A DNA stretch of 62,802 bases from a virus (Duplodnaviria; Caudoviricetes): positions 1 through 62,802 of the IMG/VR virus record IMGVR_UViG_3300034520_000265; one strand, given 5' to 3'. Below are positions 9,409 through 19,845 of the stretch, piece after piece (the stretch's first letter is position 1; each line of letters begins with the position of its first letter). A program made the translations under genes and the position numbers. A model generated the notes under the pieces. The model saw only the letters and a program-made list of their open reading frames with translations, made no database searches and was not told the origin of the DNA.

Positions 9409-10476
9409 TTATGCTCCTTGACTGGTTAATTCTTCAATCGTAATTTTCTCTTTGATTGTATTAATCAATTTATCTAGTGCAATTAGGAAGTTCTTGATAA
9501 CTTTATAATCTATATTTTTTACTTTATTAAATTGAATTTGAATTAATAGATCAATTGCTTCGTGATAAATCTGTTCTAAAGTTTCTAAGTTAATTGATGG
9601 ATATTCTTTAAGTGATTCCAAGAAATCTTGCGCTAAATTATTTGTTTCATTCTGTGTCGCAAGATTTTCTTCCGCTATCTTAGTTAATTTGTATAATATA
9701 GCTTCTATATTCTTGTCTTCAGCTTCTTTTGTTATTTTATCGTTAACTACATATACTTTCCCGTACTGCGTTGCATATTTACATATCTCTTGCGCTTGAA
9801 CAGGTGGAATACCATATTGGAACATTTTCAAAATTGTATTTTCTTTACTAAGCTTTAAAGAAGCAGTTTTAGTTTGGAACAAATAAAATTTAGTTTTATA
9901 CGATATCTCAAATTCAGGGTCAATTGCACTTGCTTTCTTTACAAAAGTAGTACCACGTGGCATAAAAAGCATTGGTGTCTTTTTCTCTGCTTCATATACA
10001 CCTGTTGGATTCTTGATTATACTACTTCCTTCCTCTAATACAACCATACCTTCTTTAAGCGATTTTAAACCCGATGTTTTTACTATACATAAACGTGGAG
10101 TTTGAAGTAAAATCTGTTCGATTCTCATTGGCTCTGTAATGTAATTCGCTTCTTTATTTAAAAAGTGTCCTATCGCACCAGTAGATAAACCTATTTGTTT
10201 GTAATCTGTATCTATTTCTTTCATGTTTTCTGTATCAATAAACTTTTGCGTTGCACTCGCTGTCTTAATTATTTCATTATCAAATGTAATCATATGCATA
10301 GGCTTTTCTTCCGCTGTCTTTACAGCGTATACCTTGAATTCAGGATTATAAGCGACATTAGAATAAAACGTTTTGCGTGTTGGTATAGAATTAACATTCA
10401 TATCATATAATTCAAGAATTTTTTTAATTTCTGCTTTTTTTACGTAATACTCTGCTATTTTTTGCATTACGGCCAC
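9409..10476 (-). CDS. KxA-rich hypothetical protein (putative internal head protein)
   Basis: Eight K-x-A motifs (KIA, KKA, KTA, KTA, KKA, KTA, KYA, KEA) plus a further KIA; likely start is the ATG of MQKIAE after GAGGTG. Confidence 0.5.
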   Translation of the reverse strand: MAVMQKIAEYYVKKAEIKKILELYDMNVNSIPTRKTFYSNVAYNPEFKVYAVKTAEEKPMHMITFDNEIIKTASATQKFIDTENMKEIDTDYKQIGLSTGAIGHFLNKEANYITEPMRIEQILLQTPRLCIVKTSGLKSLKEGMVVLEEGSSIIKNPTGVYEAEKKTPMLFMPRGTTFVKKASAIDPEFEISYKTKFYLFQTKTASLKLSKENTILKMFQYGIPPVQAQEICKYATQYGKVYVVNDKITKEAEDKNIEAILYKLTKIAEENLATQNETNNLAQDFLESLKEYPSINLETLEQIYHEAIDLLIQIQFNKVKNIDYKVIKNFLIALDKLINTIKEKITIEELTSQGA

Positions 10477-10654
10477 CTCGCTTGTATTTATATGGTATAT
10501 TGTATTTATCTAAAAGTTCTGCATTAGATATAGATGTATAAATCTTAGGTTTACCATTAACTACTTTCCTCACACATACTATATTAAGCTCATTTAAAAG
10601 ATCTGCATATTTATTGTATTCTTTTAATTCAATCATTCCTTCCATCTCTCTCAC
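10424..10654 (-). CDS. Small hypothetical protein
   Basis: 76 aa ORF with AGGTGA RBS overlapping the upstream stop; fills the gap in the operon. Confidence 0.45.
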   Translation of the reverse strand: MREMEGMIELKEYNKYADLLNELNIVCVRKVVNGKPKIYTSISNAELLDKYNIPYKYKRGGRNAKNSRVLRKKSRN

Positions 10655-11182
10655 CTACTTTTCATAAATCTCAACTTTGAAGTTCCTTTTATCAAGTGGT
10701 GTTATTTGAGCTAATTTAACCTTTCCAAAACTCGGTTGATATAATCCCATTTCTCCTAATGCAGCAAGTGGATTTTGGAATGAAGCACTTCCGCTTGTAT
10801 CAGGTGTGGATTGTCTTGCCATAATCATCTTCATTACTTCATTTGAAACAGGTAAACCAATTGACATAGGATTAATAATCAAGCGCTCTACGTTCTTTTG
10901 TGTAATTACAGCTGATTCTGTTTTACCATCAGGTGTTTGTACATACATTACATACATAGGAAGTAAATTACCATCTTTGATAGCAAATGGTACTAAAATA
11001 TTAACTGCATCAAATTTAAAATTAATATTACCTGTAACAATTTCTGAATTAACTGTTGTATCGTCGATTACAACCTGTGCATCAGTTGCAACGAAAAACG
11101 GATATTGTTTATAAAATATCTGTAAAATCGAAGTTGGCCATTCCGAACGATTTAATGGTAATTTGACTTCATTGTCTATCAT
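10655..11182 (-). CDS. Hypothetical virion-associated protein
   Basis: 175 aa, GGAGGG RBS; same operon as the KxA-rich gene. Confidence 0.5.
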   Translation of the reverse strand: MIDNEVKLPLNRSEWPTSILQIFYKQYPFFVATDAQVVIDDTTVNSEIVTGNINFKFDAVNILVPFAIKDGNLLPMYVMYVQTPDGKTESAVITQKNVERLIINPMSIGLPVSNEVMKMIMARQSTPDTSGSASFQNPLAALGEMGLYQPSFGKVKLAQITPLDKRNFKVEIYEK

Positions 11183-11196
11183 TTTTAATTCCCTCC

Positions 11197-13260
11197 TTAC
11201 GGTCTAATTGTTATATCAAAATAATATCCTTGAGTTCCATCTGGTGTTACCCCTCTAAATCTAATATTAGTTACGGTCGTTATATTATCCACATAATAGT
11301 AACTCAAACCATCTATTTCTATTATGTTTCCTTTTGCATTCGGATTATCTAAATCAAAAACTAATAATTCGTTATTATTTCCCCTTGCTAGCGCACTTAA
11401 TGGTATAAACAATTTATCTTTTTCGGCCATTACATACTCATCTAATAGTATTTGTCTTTCTGGATAAATCTCAAAGTTATCAATAGAATATAAATTGATT
11501 TTTACTTCTTGTGTTTGTCCGGAAACCGTATCAGTGAATTTTACAACAGCTGTTTCTTTTATTTTTCCTTCTACATCAAGTACATTAAACTCTAATTCGC
11601 CTTCCCAACCCATTTTATCACCATTGTAACTTGGTGTAGAATTCACTAATGTAAATTTGCTTATACCACTTGCAGATATATCTAAATCAAATTGCCCAAA
11701 TGGATCTGATATAAAATATTTTACTTTTCTTTTCACTCCTTCATTCCTAGAGAAAATTAACGTCTGTGTATTTAATTCGATTTCTTCTAATTTGAAATTT
11801 TGTACATTAAATGTAATTGTATCTACACTTGTTCCAATTTTATTTCTTGCGGTTATCTTAGCTGTCCACTTTCCTTCTGCGTTGAAGGTAGTGCTCGGAA
11901 CAAGTACTACAAAATCGCCTGAATTTCTATAGTCTGTTAAAACCGGACTTGTACTGTTCGGACCATATAATTTAAATTCAACTTCTTCAACATTAGGATA
12001 AGCTGCATATTTAATTGGTATATTAATCGCTGCTTTTAAAGGTAAATCATATCTCTTCGGCGCAATGAATTTAGGTGCATAGCCAAATGCATATTCTTCC
12101 TCTTCTCTAACAATTAAATCATCAACAGTAGTATCTGGATAATTTAACTCGTAAATTATAAATAGCTTACCTGTAATAGGCATATTAGGTGTATTCCAGA
12201 AATTCATACCATAAATTGCAAATTGGTCTCCACTCCAACCAATAAATACAGGCATTTGATTAGGCGCTTTATCACTTGCAGGTACACTTTTGAAATTAGC
12301 AAATATTCCTCTAATTTTTCCAGAAAAAGGCAAAGATAAACTAACTGTGTAATATTTACCTGGAGATACAGAAAAATCCATTGCATATACAATTGCAGTT
12401 GCGTTACCTATATAATTCAAACCTGCATTTACAGATGCTTCCGGCTTTAATCCCAATTCCACAAATGGTGATTGTAATACATCATATAATCCACTATCAG
12501 AATTAACTTCTATACTTCCACCTGAGTAATTAAGCTTATATAATTCAATATTAAATGTTTTTGAAAAATAATAAGGTTCATCTTTTAACATAAAGAATTT
12601 ATAAAATTCTTCACGTGTAAAATATTCTGGATGTTCATGTTCTGCAGGAGCTAAATCATTTTCACTGTATACTGCATTTGAATTCAAATCAATTAAATTC
12701 ATTGCGTTTTGAACTGTTTCGTCAAATTGATAATATTGAGTTTCATGCCTGTGATTGATATCTGCTAAATCATTAGGAGACACTCCACCAATTATATCTG
12801 CTATATCTGCAGGTTCATCTACTTTAAAATATTCTGCATGTTCATGGTCTTTTAATGCAAAATCGGAAGCAGGGCGGTCGCCTAGTTTTAATGTCCCTAT
12901 ATACGCCTCTCCTTTTTTTACATATTCAGGATGTTCGTGATCGATCGGAGCAAGCATTTCTGGTGTTAAATATTCATCTCCAACCTTTACTGAACGAGCT
13001 TTCTCAACTGTTTCATTCTTTTTATAATACTCTGAATGCTCGTGTTCTTTTAATGATACTTCTGTGTATTTTACACCATTAATCTCTTCCGCTGTTTGAA
13101 CCAGCGGATTCTCTTCTTTGGATTGCTCCGGATCTAACATTCTGTTTATTCTCCAATTCTTTAGCGCATCTATAACTTTCCCTATACTATCAGGGATTTT
13201 ACTTAAAGATTTGTATATACCACTTTCAATTATGTAATCTAATATCTTCTTGTCCGCCAT
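11197..13260 (-). CDS. HxH-repeat fibre-like protein A with C-terminal beta-sandwich (Ig-like) domains
   Basis: Five repeats ending in HEHSEY, HEHPEY, HEHAEY, HRHETQY, HEHPEY; C-terminal EGKWTAKITARNKIG is Ig/PKD-like. Confidence 0.6.
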   Translation of the reverse strand: MADKKILDYIIESGIYKSLSKIPDSIGKVIDALKNWRINRMLDPEQSKEENPLVQTAEEINGVKYTEVSLKEHEHSEYYKKNETVEKARSVKVGDEYLTPEMLAPIDHEHPEYVKKGEAYIGTLKLGDRPASDFALKDHEHAEYFKVDEPADIADIIGGVSPNDLADINHRHETQYYQFDETVQNAMNLIDLNSNAVYSENDLAPAEHEHPEYFTREEFYKFFMLKDEPYYFSKTFNIELYKLNYSGGSIEVNSDSGLYDVLQSPFVELGLKPEASVNAGLNYIGNATAIVYAMDFSVSPGKYYTVSLSLPFSGKIRGIFANFKSVPASDKAPNQMPVFIGWSGDQFAIYGMNFWNTPNMPITGKLFIIYELNYPDTTVDDLIVREEEEYAFGYAPKFIAPKRYDLPLKAAINIPIKYAAYPNVEEVEFKLYGPNSTSPVLTDYRNSGDFVVLVPSTTFNAEGKWTAKITARNKIGTSVDTITFNVQNFKLEEIELNTQTLIFSRNEGVKRKVKYFISDPFGQFDLDISASGISKFTLVNSTPSYNGDKMGWEGELEFNVLDVEGKIKETAVVKFTDTVSGQTQEVKINLYSIDNFEIYPERQILLDEYVMAEKDKLFIPLSALARGNNNELLVFDLDNPNAKGNIIEIDGLSYYYVDNITTVTNIRFRGVTPDGTQGYYFDITIRP

Positions 13261-13286
13261 TGAGATCTCTCCTCACTCTAATGTGT

Positions 13287-13315
13287 TCAACAACTTTTCA
13301 CTATTATACTATCAT
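13287..13315 (+). promoter_or_regulatory. Putative late promoter TCAACA-N17-TATCAT
   Basis: Matches the motif seen at seven other structural operon starts; upstream of gene 13351. Confidence 0.45.
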
Positions 13316-13334
13316 TAAAATAGAATTATGCCGA
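13306..13334 (-). promoter_or_regulatory. Putative late promoter TCGGCA-N17-TAGTAT
   Basis: Overlapping divergent promoter upstream of gene 13260. Confidence 0.45.
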
Positions 13335-13350
13335 AAAAGGAGGAATAGCT

Positions 13351-15078
13351 ATGGCTAATATTCAAGCCGCAATATCTCTGCAGTTTAATAATGAAAATAA
13401 TCCATTTGCAAAATATATAGCTGGTATGTTAACTAATGCAATGGATAATATTTCTTATTTAAACCCAATTATTCAAAAATTAGTTGATTATGCAGCTCAT
13501 TATAAGCTGCTTAATAATTCTTTGTTGAATGAATTACAAAATAATACGGAACAGTTCTTACGTGATTATCTTAACTCACGATTACCTAAGCTTTCTACAG
13601 AAATTATGAGCTTAAATCAAGTACAAAGTATATCTGTTGCTCAAACTTTAGCTTGGCTTTTAAGCGAAAGCAAGGAAGAAAATATTCCGGATTCGAGCTT
13701 TGGAGATTTTATAATCGGTGATTTTAGAATAGAAGATTTCGGAACCGCATTTTTAAAAGCAATTGTATACACCTATTTACAAGAACAACTCAATACTATT
13801 TCTGGCGAATATAAGGTTTTTCAGTTTATAAATAATAACTTTCCATCTGAAATTGATAATATCACTGATGAGATTTTTACAGCGTTGATTGGAACATTTA
13901 TAGTAACTAAACCTGAATTAGTAAATCAGTTAGTTGCATCAAAACAATATTCTAACCCATTTATCAAGACAATTACACGATTGTATGCAAATGAAATAGA
14001 TAATTTAAAAGCTTCATTTGTACAAGTAATGAAAAAATTAGAAGAAATGTCCGTAGAAGCATTCGCTACTTTAAACGGCTTTACTTCGCAAATGTATAAT
14101 TTATCTATTCAATTTGAAAAGAATCTTAAAGGGCAAGCTTTTAAAGCACAAGAAGCTGAAAAAGCAAGTTACTTAGGAACTTATGATAACCATTATTCAA
14201 TTGATGAAATCGCAATAGAGGGACATACACATAATGAATATTTAAGAAAAGACGAACCAGCTGAAGAGGCAAAGTACTTAGTTGATGAAAACGGAAATAT
14301 ATATGAAAAGAAACATTTTGCAAAGAAAGGGCATACGCATTCAGAGTATATTAATAAAAACGAAATAGTCTCTGCAGATTTTTTAATTGCACAGAATGAA
14401 AATGGTAGTAAAACACTATTAACTTCATCCGATCTTGCACCAGCTAATCATTCACATAATTATGTCTCTGCTACCGGACAGGTTATTTATGCTTTTGCTT
14501 ATACAGTAGAGCTTATGCAAGATGTCTTATTAGTTCCAAAAGGGCATAAGCATAACGGTGATTATTTGAATCGCTTGCTTAAAAAGAGTGAAATTGCATA
14601 TAATGCATTTCATTTAAATAATAAAACAGCAGATGATTTTGCTTTATCACAACATACACATGGAAATAAATACGTAACTTCAGATGAAGCTTTAGAATTA
14701 GGTGTTAGTATAGGAAGTATGCCTTGGTATAACAGTACTTCGAAAGGAATTGTAATTTACGATGAAAAGTATGGTTATACCAATCTAAAGGGTTCAATCG
14801 CTCATATTTTGTCGGGAACAATCACATTATATGGAGGTGCTCAAGTTGTCAATGTGCCTAATCCAATACATGTGCTGTATAATGTTATTTCTGGTGATAA
14901 TCTTGCTTCTATGCCTACTTACGAATTTGTAACTTCTGTTGATAACGATGGAAATGTTAAATATACCGGAGTAAGGTTTGTACCTTCAACCTCCGGTAGA
15001 ACTACTATACAATATACTATCTTCTATACCCCAGAAATGCCTGTTGATAATAGACATTTACATAAGATAAGTAGGTGA
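13351..15078 (+). CDS. HxH-repeat fibre-like protein B with helical N-terminal domain
   Basis: Five repeats HTHNEY, HTHSEY, HSHNY, HKHNGDY, HTHGNKY; small beta-rich C-terminal domain. Confidence 0.6.
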   Translation: MANIQAAISLQFNNENNPFAKYIAGMLTNAMDNISYLNPIIQKLVDYAAHYKLLNNSLLNELQNNTEQFLRDYLNSRLPKLSTEIMSLNQVQSISVAQTLAWLLSESKEENIPDSSFGDFIIGDFRIEDFGTAFLKAIVYTYLQEQLNTISGEYKVFQFINNNFPSEIDNITDEIFTALIGTFIVTKPELVNQLVASKQYSNPFIKTITRLYANEIDNLKASFVQVMKKLEEMSVEAFATLNGFTSQMYNLSIQFEKNLKGQAFKAQEAEKASYLGTYDNHYSIDEIAIEGHTHNEYLRKDEPAEEAKYLVDENGNIYEKKHFAKKGHTHSEYINKNEIVSADFLIAQNENGSKTLLTSSDLAPANHSHNYVSATGQVIYAFAYTVELMQDVLLVPKGHKHNGDYLNRLLKKSEIAYNAFHLNNKTADDFALSQHTHGNKYVTSDEALELGVSIGSMPWYNSTSKGIVIYDEKYGYTNLKGSIAHILSGTITLYGGAQVVNVPNPIHVLYNVISGDNLASMPTYEFVTSVDNDGNVKYTGVRFVPSTSGRTTIQYTIFYTPEMPVDNRHLHKISR

Positions 15079-15084
15079 TAATCT

Positions 15085-16143
15085 GTGGATGCAATAACTA
15101 CAAAAACTATTTCTGAATCTCCATTAAAAGTCGAAAGACAAGCATCAATAGAATTAAATACTGAAGCCGCTGTAATAAAACATGCTAATTTAGAATTAAA
15201 AGTTGAAAGACAAGCATCAATAGAATTAAATACTAAAGTCGCTATAATAAAACAAGCTAATTTAGATAAAACTAAATTATTAATAAAAAATGTGCCAAAA
15301 TCATATATAGAAGTTGATTATTTAAAGGCTATTTTGTCACTTATGTATCATGATTATGAAAAAGCGGCAGAAATGTTTGCTCAATTATATCAAAAAGCAT
15401 ATATCCAAATAATTGACGGTAAATATGTTATTACCGAAGGATACGAAGATACGGTTTACGCTGCTTTTGAAGAAGTTTTCGTTCAATATTTATCGGAACC
15501 AATTTTTAAATTAGGTTTAGAAAAGCCTTTAATTAAAAGCTACGATTCAACTACTCATACAGCTTTATTGCAAATTATATTAGGAGCAGCAATAGAATAT
15601 AATCCTGAGCCACCTGAAATTCCTGGTACAGATTACACTAATGTTTACTTAAGGCGAAAAGAAAAGACATTAGATCGTGCTCCGATAACATTACACATAA
15701 CCAAAGACGCAGAACATCTACATCAACCTAAATCGTTAAATGCACAAGTTGCTCGACTACAAAAAAAGAATGTAACTCAATTACTACAAGCAGAAGTTAA
15801 TCAATCTTTTATAAAAACTGCACCAACATTAGGTGCTCATATTGTTTTAACTCAATCTAAATCTATATCATTAAATACTTATTCTAATTACGGCTTTTCA
15901 TCTGGAGCACAAACCTTATACGATAGAAATAACTTAGATCAGTTTCCTTATCATCAAAATTGGCTTAAAGCAGTTAAACCTTACCTAAAAAGTGAAGTTA
16001 TTCAAACAAATCTTACTACAAATTCATGTAATGCATTATATGCTTTAGATAGATCTCAACTAACATATCATACATGGTACCACGGCAGTCTTTATCCTTC
16101 ACTTTTATGGGAATTTAACACTCCCGAGGAGGTTAACGAATGA
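15085..16143 (+). CDS. Hypothetical virion protein with N-terminal 24-aa duplication
   Basis: 352 aa ORF in the fibre operon. Confidence 0.5.
   Translation: MDAITTKTISESPLKVERQASIELNTEAAVIKHANLELKVERQASIELNTKVAIIKQANLDKTKLLIKNVPKSYIEVDYLKAILSLMYHDYEKAAEMFAQLYQKAYIQIIDGKYVITEGYEDTVYAAFEEVFVQYLSEPIFKLGLEKPLIKSYDSTTHTALLQIILGAAIEYNPEPPEIPGTDYTNVYLRRKEKTLDRAPITLHITKDAEHLHQPKSLNAQVARLQKKNVTQLLQAEVNQSFIKTAPTLGAHIVLTQSKSISLNTYSNYGFSSGAQTLYDRNNLDQFPYHQNWLKAVKPYLKSEVIQTNLTTNSCNALYALDRSQLTYHTWYHGSLYPSLLWEFNTPEEVNE
15123..15266 (+). repeat. 72-bp in-frame tandem duplication (2 copies)
   Basis: ATTAAAAGTCGAAAGACAAGCATCAATAGAATTAAATACT... at 15123 repeats at 15195 with about five substitutions. Confidence 0.9.
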
Positions 16144-16649
16144 TATATTTTATAGTTAATAGCTATAATACAATTCAACATCAAAAAAATATAACGCCAA
16201 TTCAATACAATACAACTAATATAGGTACTAAAGAAAGTAATGTGCGATTGTATTCGTATAAAATTTTTGATGTGTATAATTTAGTAAATAAAATGCGCTC
16301 TTCCTTCTTGCTTAATACAGAAGAATTAGTCTTTGACCCTAATGTTGTAAAAAAATACTATTACTTACAATATAATCGGCCAATTATTGATATAACGATC
16401 ACCGTAAATAGTACAGAACTAAAAGAAGGAACAGATTATATAGTTGTTCCTGATGACCTTAATACTCTCTATACCCATGACAATAAACTGCTTATTTACT
16501 TCTTTGATGATTACAATAATGCAATACTTACATTTGAAACTGCAGAAATTAAAGCTGATGACTATATTGACTTTGGACTTATAGGCGAACAAGTATACGT
16601 AAAAGCATATGTACCACATAGAGATGAGTTCTTTATAAGGAGGTTTTAA
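16140..16649 (+). CDS. Hypothetical structural protein
   Basis: 169 aa, GAGGAGG RBS; ELKEGTDYIV motif is common in phage baseplate/tail beta domains. Confidence 0.5.
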   Translation: MIYFIVNSYNTIQHQKNITPIQYNTTNIGTKESNVRLYSYKIFDVYNLVNKMRSSFLLNTEELVFDPNVVKKYYYLQYNRPIIDITITVNSTELKEGTDYIVVPDDLNTLYTHDNKLLIYFFDDYNNAILTFETAEIKADDYIDFGLIGEQVYVKAYVPHRDEFFIRRF

Positions 16650-16652
16650 TAT

Positions 16653-18524
16653 ATGCCAAATATTTTTGTGAGTCGAATACACTGTGCAACTAATATTGAT
16701 GATATTACTGATTTAGATCCTAATCAAACACTTAAGTTGATTGCTTATTGCGAATCTGGATATAAATTCGCATATTGGATTGATGATAATGGAAATATAA
16801 TTAAATCTAATCCTTTTGTATTTTATGTTCCAAATAAAGATACAGTTCACCTTACTGCAGTATGTAGTAGAGCTACAGGTTTCTTAAAAGTATTCGCTCA
16901 AAATCAAAATTATGGAGTGTTTTATATAACTTATACAAAGAACGATATTGAAATATCCGAAGAACAATTAACTAATTTTTACGATATAGTTGATTTTGGT
17001 TCAAAGGTTACTTTGATTGCAGAACCGAAAGAAGGATATAAGTTTGTTGGTTGGATGTATAACGGCTCATTAATTTCTACCGATCTTATGTTTACATTTA
17101 ATATGCCTGAGGAATACGATGTGACCATTATACCTATATTCGAACTTGAAGATGTAAATATACAAATTACTTATGACAAAACGTTAGGTGCAATTAGTGG
17201 AGACGGAACATATAAAAAAGGGCAAGAAGTGACAATAGAAGCTGTTGCTAACCCTACAGCTGAATTTATCGGGTGGAAAATTAACGGTGAAATGATTTTT
17301 GAAAATCCTTATACATTTATTGCAGAACAGGATTTAATTATTGAAGCGGTACTTCAAGGTAAAACAAGTAATTTATTACTTAATGGTAATTTTATGGATT
17401 ATAACGTTGCAATTTCTACACCAAAAACAATTAATTACGGCGAATTAATTACTTTAACTGCCCCAGAGAAAATAGGTTATAAAATAAGATGGACAATCAA
17501 TGGAAGCAAGGTAATTGAAGGTGTAAGTTCAATTGAATTGCTTGGAAAAGGAGAAGATTATACAGTTAGCTTGGATTATATTGCAGTAGAAGATGCGGTT
17601 ATATATCAATACATTTATCCAAATGGAAGCGCGCAAATTACTATAAACGGTGCAAAACAAACAGGAAATACTGTAGATGTAATTATTACAGCTTTAAATA
17701 ATTCAGTTATTCAATCGGTTATTATTAATGAAACAACCTATAACGTCAATAATACAGAATTTAATATCTCTATTACACTGCTGTCTGAAAATACTATTAT
17801 AGTTAACTGCAAAGAGAATATCCAAGATGAAAATACGGATATTTTGATTCATACGTCCGATTATATTACAAAAACAATAGAGCTTCCGATTATTGATGCA
17901 TTGGAATTAAACGCAATGCCTTTGAGTGTATTTTATGAATTCTATGAAGAATCAGATTTATTTACCTTAAGTGATGGTAGTATAAGTCCATTTAAGCAGT
18001 ACATTGATATAGAGAAACTTGGAACATCACTTATGTTCAAAAACTGTAAATTTGCTGTATTAGAAACAAATGAACCTATATTAGATGTACTCGCAATCGA
18101 AAATATGACTTATGGTAGCGATTATATTCTCTTTACCTTTGAACCTCAAAACAGCTTTAGTTTTCAAAATAAAGTAATTATTGTATTTAACCCAGACACA
18201 ATAGCAACAAGTGCATCTGTAACTTATTTAACTATTAACAACAGTCAAACTATTTATGATTTATTATCAAAAGCTTCACCTCTCGGTGCAAAAATTATTT
18301 GGAAAGCACCGAGCATAATTTGGATAAAAGAGCATAACATAACAGACGAACAAAAAAAGAAAGATTTAAATAAGCAGTTATCACAATACACAAGTGAATT
18401 AATACTTCCTGATGAATTATCGAATATTACACAAGGCACATACGTTACACCTGTTTACGGGCATATAGATATTGCAGTATACAATGGTATGAACTTGAAC
18501 GGCAAACTCATTCAACTTCTTTGA
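16653..18524 (+). CDS. Structural protein with tandem InlB B-repeat-like (beta-grasp) domains
   Basis: Repeated VTLxAxPxxGYxFxGW motifs: LIAYCESGYKFAYW, VTLIAEPKEGYKFVGW, VTIEAVANPTAEFIGW, ITLTAPEKIGYKIRW. Confidence 0.7.
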   Translation: MPNIFVSRIHCATNIDDITDLDPNQTLKLIAYCESGYKFAYWIDDNGNIIKSNPFVFYVPNKDTVHLTAVCSRATGFLKVFAQNQNYGVFYITYTKNDIEISEEQLTNFYDIVDFGSKVTLIAEPKEGYKFVGWMYNGSLISTDLMFTFNMPEEYDVTIIPIFELEDVNIQITYDKTLGAISGDGTYKKGQEVTIEAVANPTAEFIGWKINGEMIFENPYTFIAEQDLIIEAVLQGKTSNLLLNGNFMDYNVAISTPKTINYGELITLTAPEKIGYKIRWTINGSKVIEGVSSIELLGKGEDYTVSLDYIAVEDAVIYQYIYPNGSAQITINGAKQTGNTVDVIITALNNSVIQSVIINETTYNVNNTEFNISITLLSENTIIVNCKENIQDENTDILIHTSDYITKTIELPIIDALELNAMPLSVFYEFYEESDLFTLSDGSISPFKQYIDIEKLGTSLMFKNCKFAVLETNEPILDVLAIENMTYGSDYILFTFEPQNSFSFQNKVIIVFNPDTIATSASVTYLTINNSQTIYDLLSKASPLGAKIIWKAPSIIWIKEHNITDEQKKKDLNKQLSQYTSELILPDELSNITQGTYVTPVYGHIDIAVYNGMNLNGKLIQLL

Positions 18525-18537
18525 AGGGGGATAATAT

Positions 18538-19842
18538 ATGTTAATTGATACATTTAAACAAAATATACGGAAATTTTTTCTAACAATGCGTGCGGTAACT
18601 AAGAGCATATCAGAACAAACTAAGCATGTATTACGTGCTTATAAACTTTCAACTGCAAAATATCTTTCTAAGAAAGGACACGTACATAACGAATACTTAA
18701 AAAAAGGTGAAGCAGCACAAAAAGCTAATAGATTATTAAATCAAACAGATGAATTATCAGCTAAAATACATTCGCACAAAGAATATTTTCCGGTTAAAGA
18801 AGTAAAAATTATTGATAGCAAACCAGTTGTTATATTAGATAAATCAATATTCTTAAATAACGTAATGTATTTAAATTTTGCCGATAAAAAGCATTATCAT
18901 GTTGATTATTTACCTAAACAGCACATTTATAACCGATTATATGCGATGACAGCCGCACGTTTAAGTGATAATCGAACCCCTTCCAAATATAACCACGAGC
19001 ATGATGAATATGTAAGTAAAGAAGAAAGTGTTAATTATACACAAGCTTTAAGTGATTCAATGAGATTAAAAAACACACCCGATCAGTTTTCTCCGAAAGA
19101 GCATTATCACGAACAATTGAATATATATCCTCATATTTATTCCAAATTTCAAGGTAAGGATAAAACTATAACAATAAATAGCAAGAAATTAGTCCTTATA
19201 TATTCCAGCTATACAGGTATTTCCCAAACTAAACCTATTACAATACGTTTACCTTTACTTGATGAGTTAAAATGGCTTCCAGATGATATGTTAGCAAGGC
19301 AATTGGTGTTAACTAAAAATGTAAGATTTTATACTTTCTTTTGGGACGCATTGGCTCAATTTAATAGTTCGCTTAGTTCTTCTTCGCCTTTTACTATATA
19401 TTATTACCAACGTAAAAAGAACCAAGACTGGTTCCAAGAATTATTATCAGCATTTATGTTAATATCATATTCTAATTCGAATTATAACTTCAATTCGATA
19501 TTTGTATTTAATGAACATTTAAGTAGATTCTGCAATATAACTAAAACGACCGTATATAATAAAAAATGGCAAGTATCAAATAATGCAATTGTATGGGGAA
19601 CAGAAATCAGTACAAGTACTTTAACAAGCTATTTTGATAATATGCAGAAGCATCTTTCTGCTGTGGAGTCTTATTATCGCTTGTTTTTCGATATAGACCC
19701 AGGCGAAGAAATGAATTATCCGCTTTCAGGTTTATTTTCAGTTGGTGGATTCGGTTCTTATAAAGATGGCAATAATACAAAACTTGAATTTTTTAACGGC
19801 GGCTTTCCGTTTTCAGCATTATTATTTGTAAAGGAGGAATAA
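18538..19842 (+). CDS. HxH-repeat fibre-like protein C
   Basis: Five repeats HVHNEY, HSHKEY, HYHVDY, HEHDEY, HYHEQ in a basic N-terminal half. Confidence 0.6.
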   Translation: MLIDTFKQNIRKFFLTMRAVTKSISEQTKHVLRAYKLSTAKYLSKKGHVHNEYLKKGEAAQKANRLLNQTDELSAKIHSHKEYFPVKEVKIIDSKPVVILDKSIFLNNVMYLNFADKKHYHVDYLPKQHIYNRLYAMTAARLSDNRTPSKYNHEHDEYVSKEESVNYTQALSDSMRLKNTPDQFSPKEHYHEQLNIYPHIYSKFQGKDKTITINSKKLVLIYSSYTGISQTKPITIRLPLLDELKWLPDDMLARQLVLTKNVRFYTFFWDALAQFNSSLSSSSPFTIYYYQRKKNQDWFQELLSAFMLISYSNSNYNFNSIFVFNEHLSRFCNITKTTVYNKKWQVSNNAIVWGTEISTSTLTSYFDNMQKHLSAVESYYRLFFDIDPGEEMNYPLSGLFSVGGFGSYKDGNNTKLEFFNGGFPFSALLFVKEE

Positions 19843-19845
19843 TAT

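Noticed and set aside
10424-11182. TAG read-through or recoding, since the stop at 10655 is followed directly by an in-frame ORF
   Set aside because: TAGGTGAG provides an RBS for the downstream ATG, and other genes are not interrupted by in-frame stops, so the standard code fits.
15123-15266. DGR template/variable repeat pair
   Set aside because: Copies are tandem, in frame and N-terminal, differences are not adenine-specific, and no reverse transcriptase is present.
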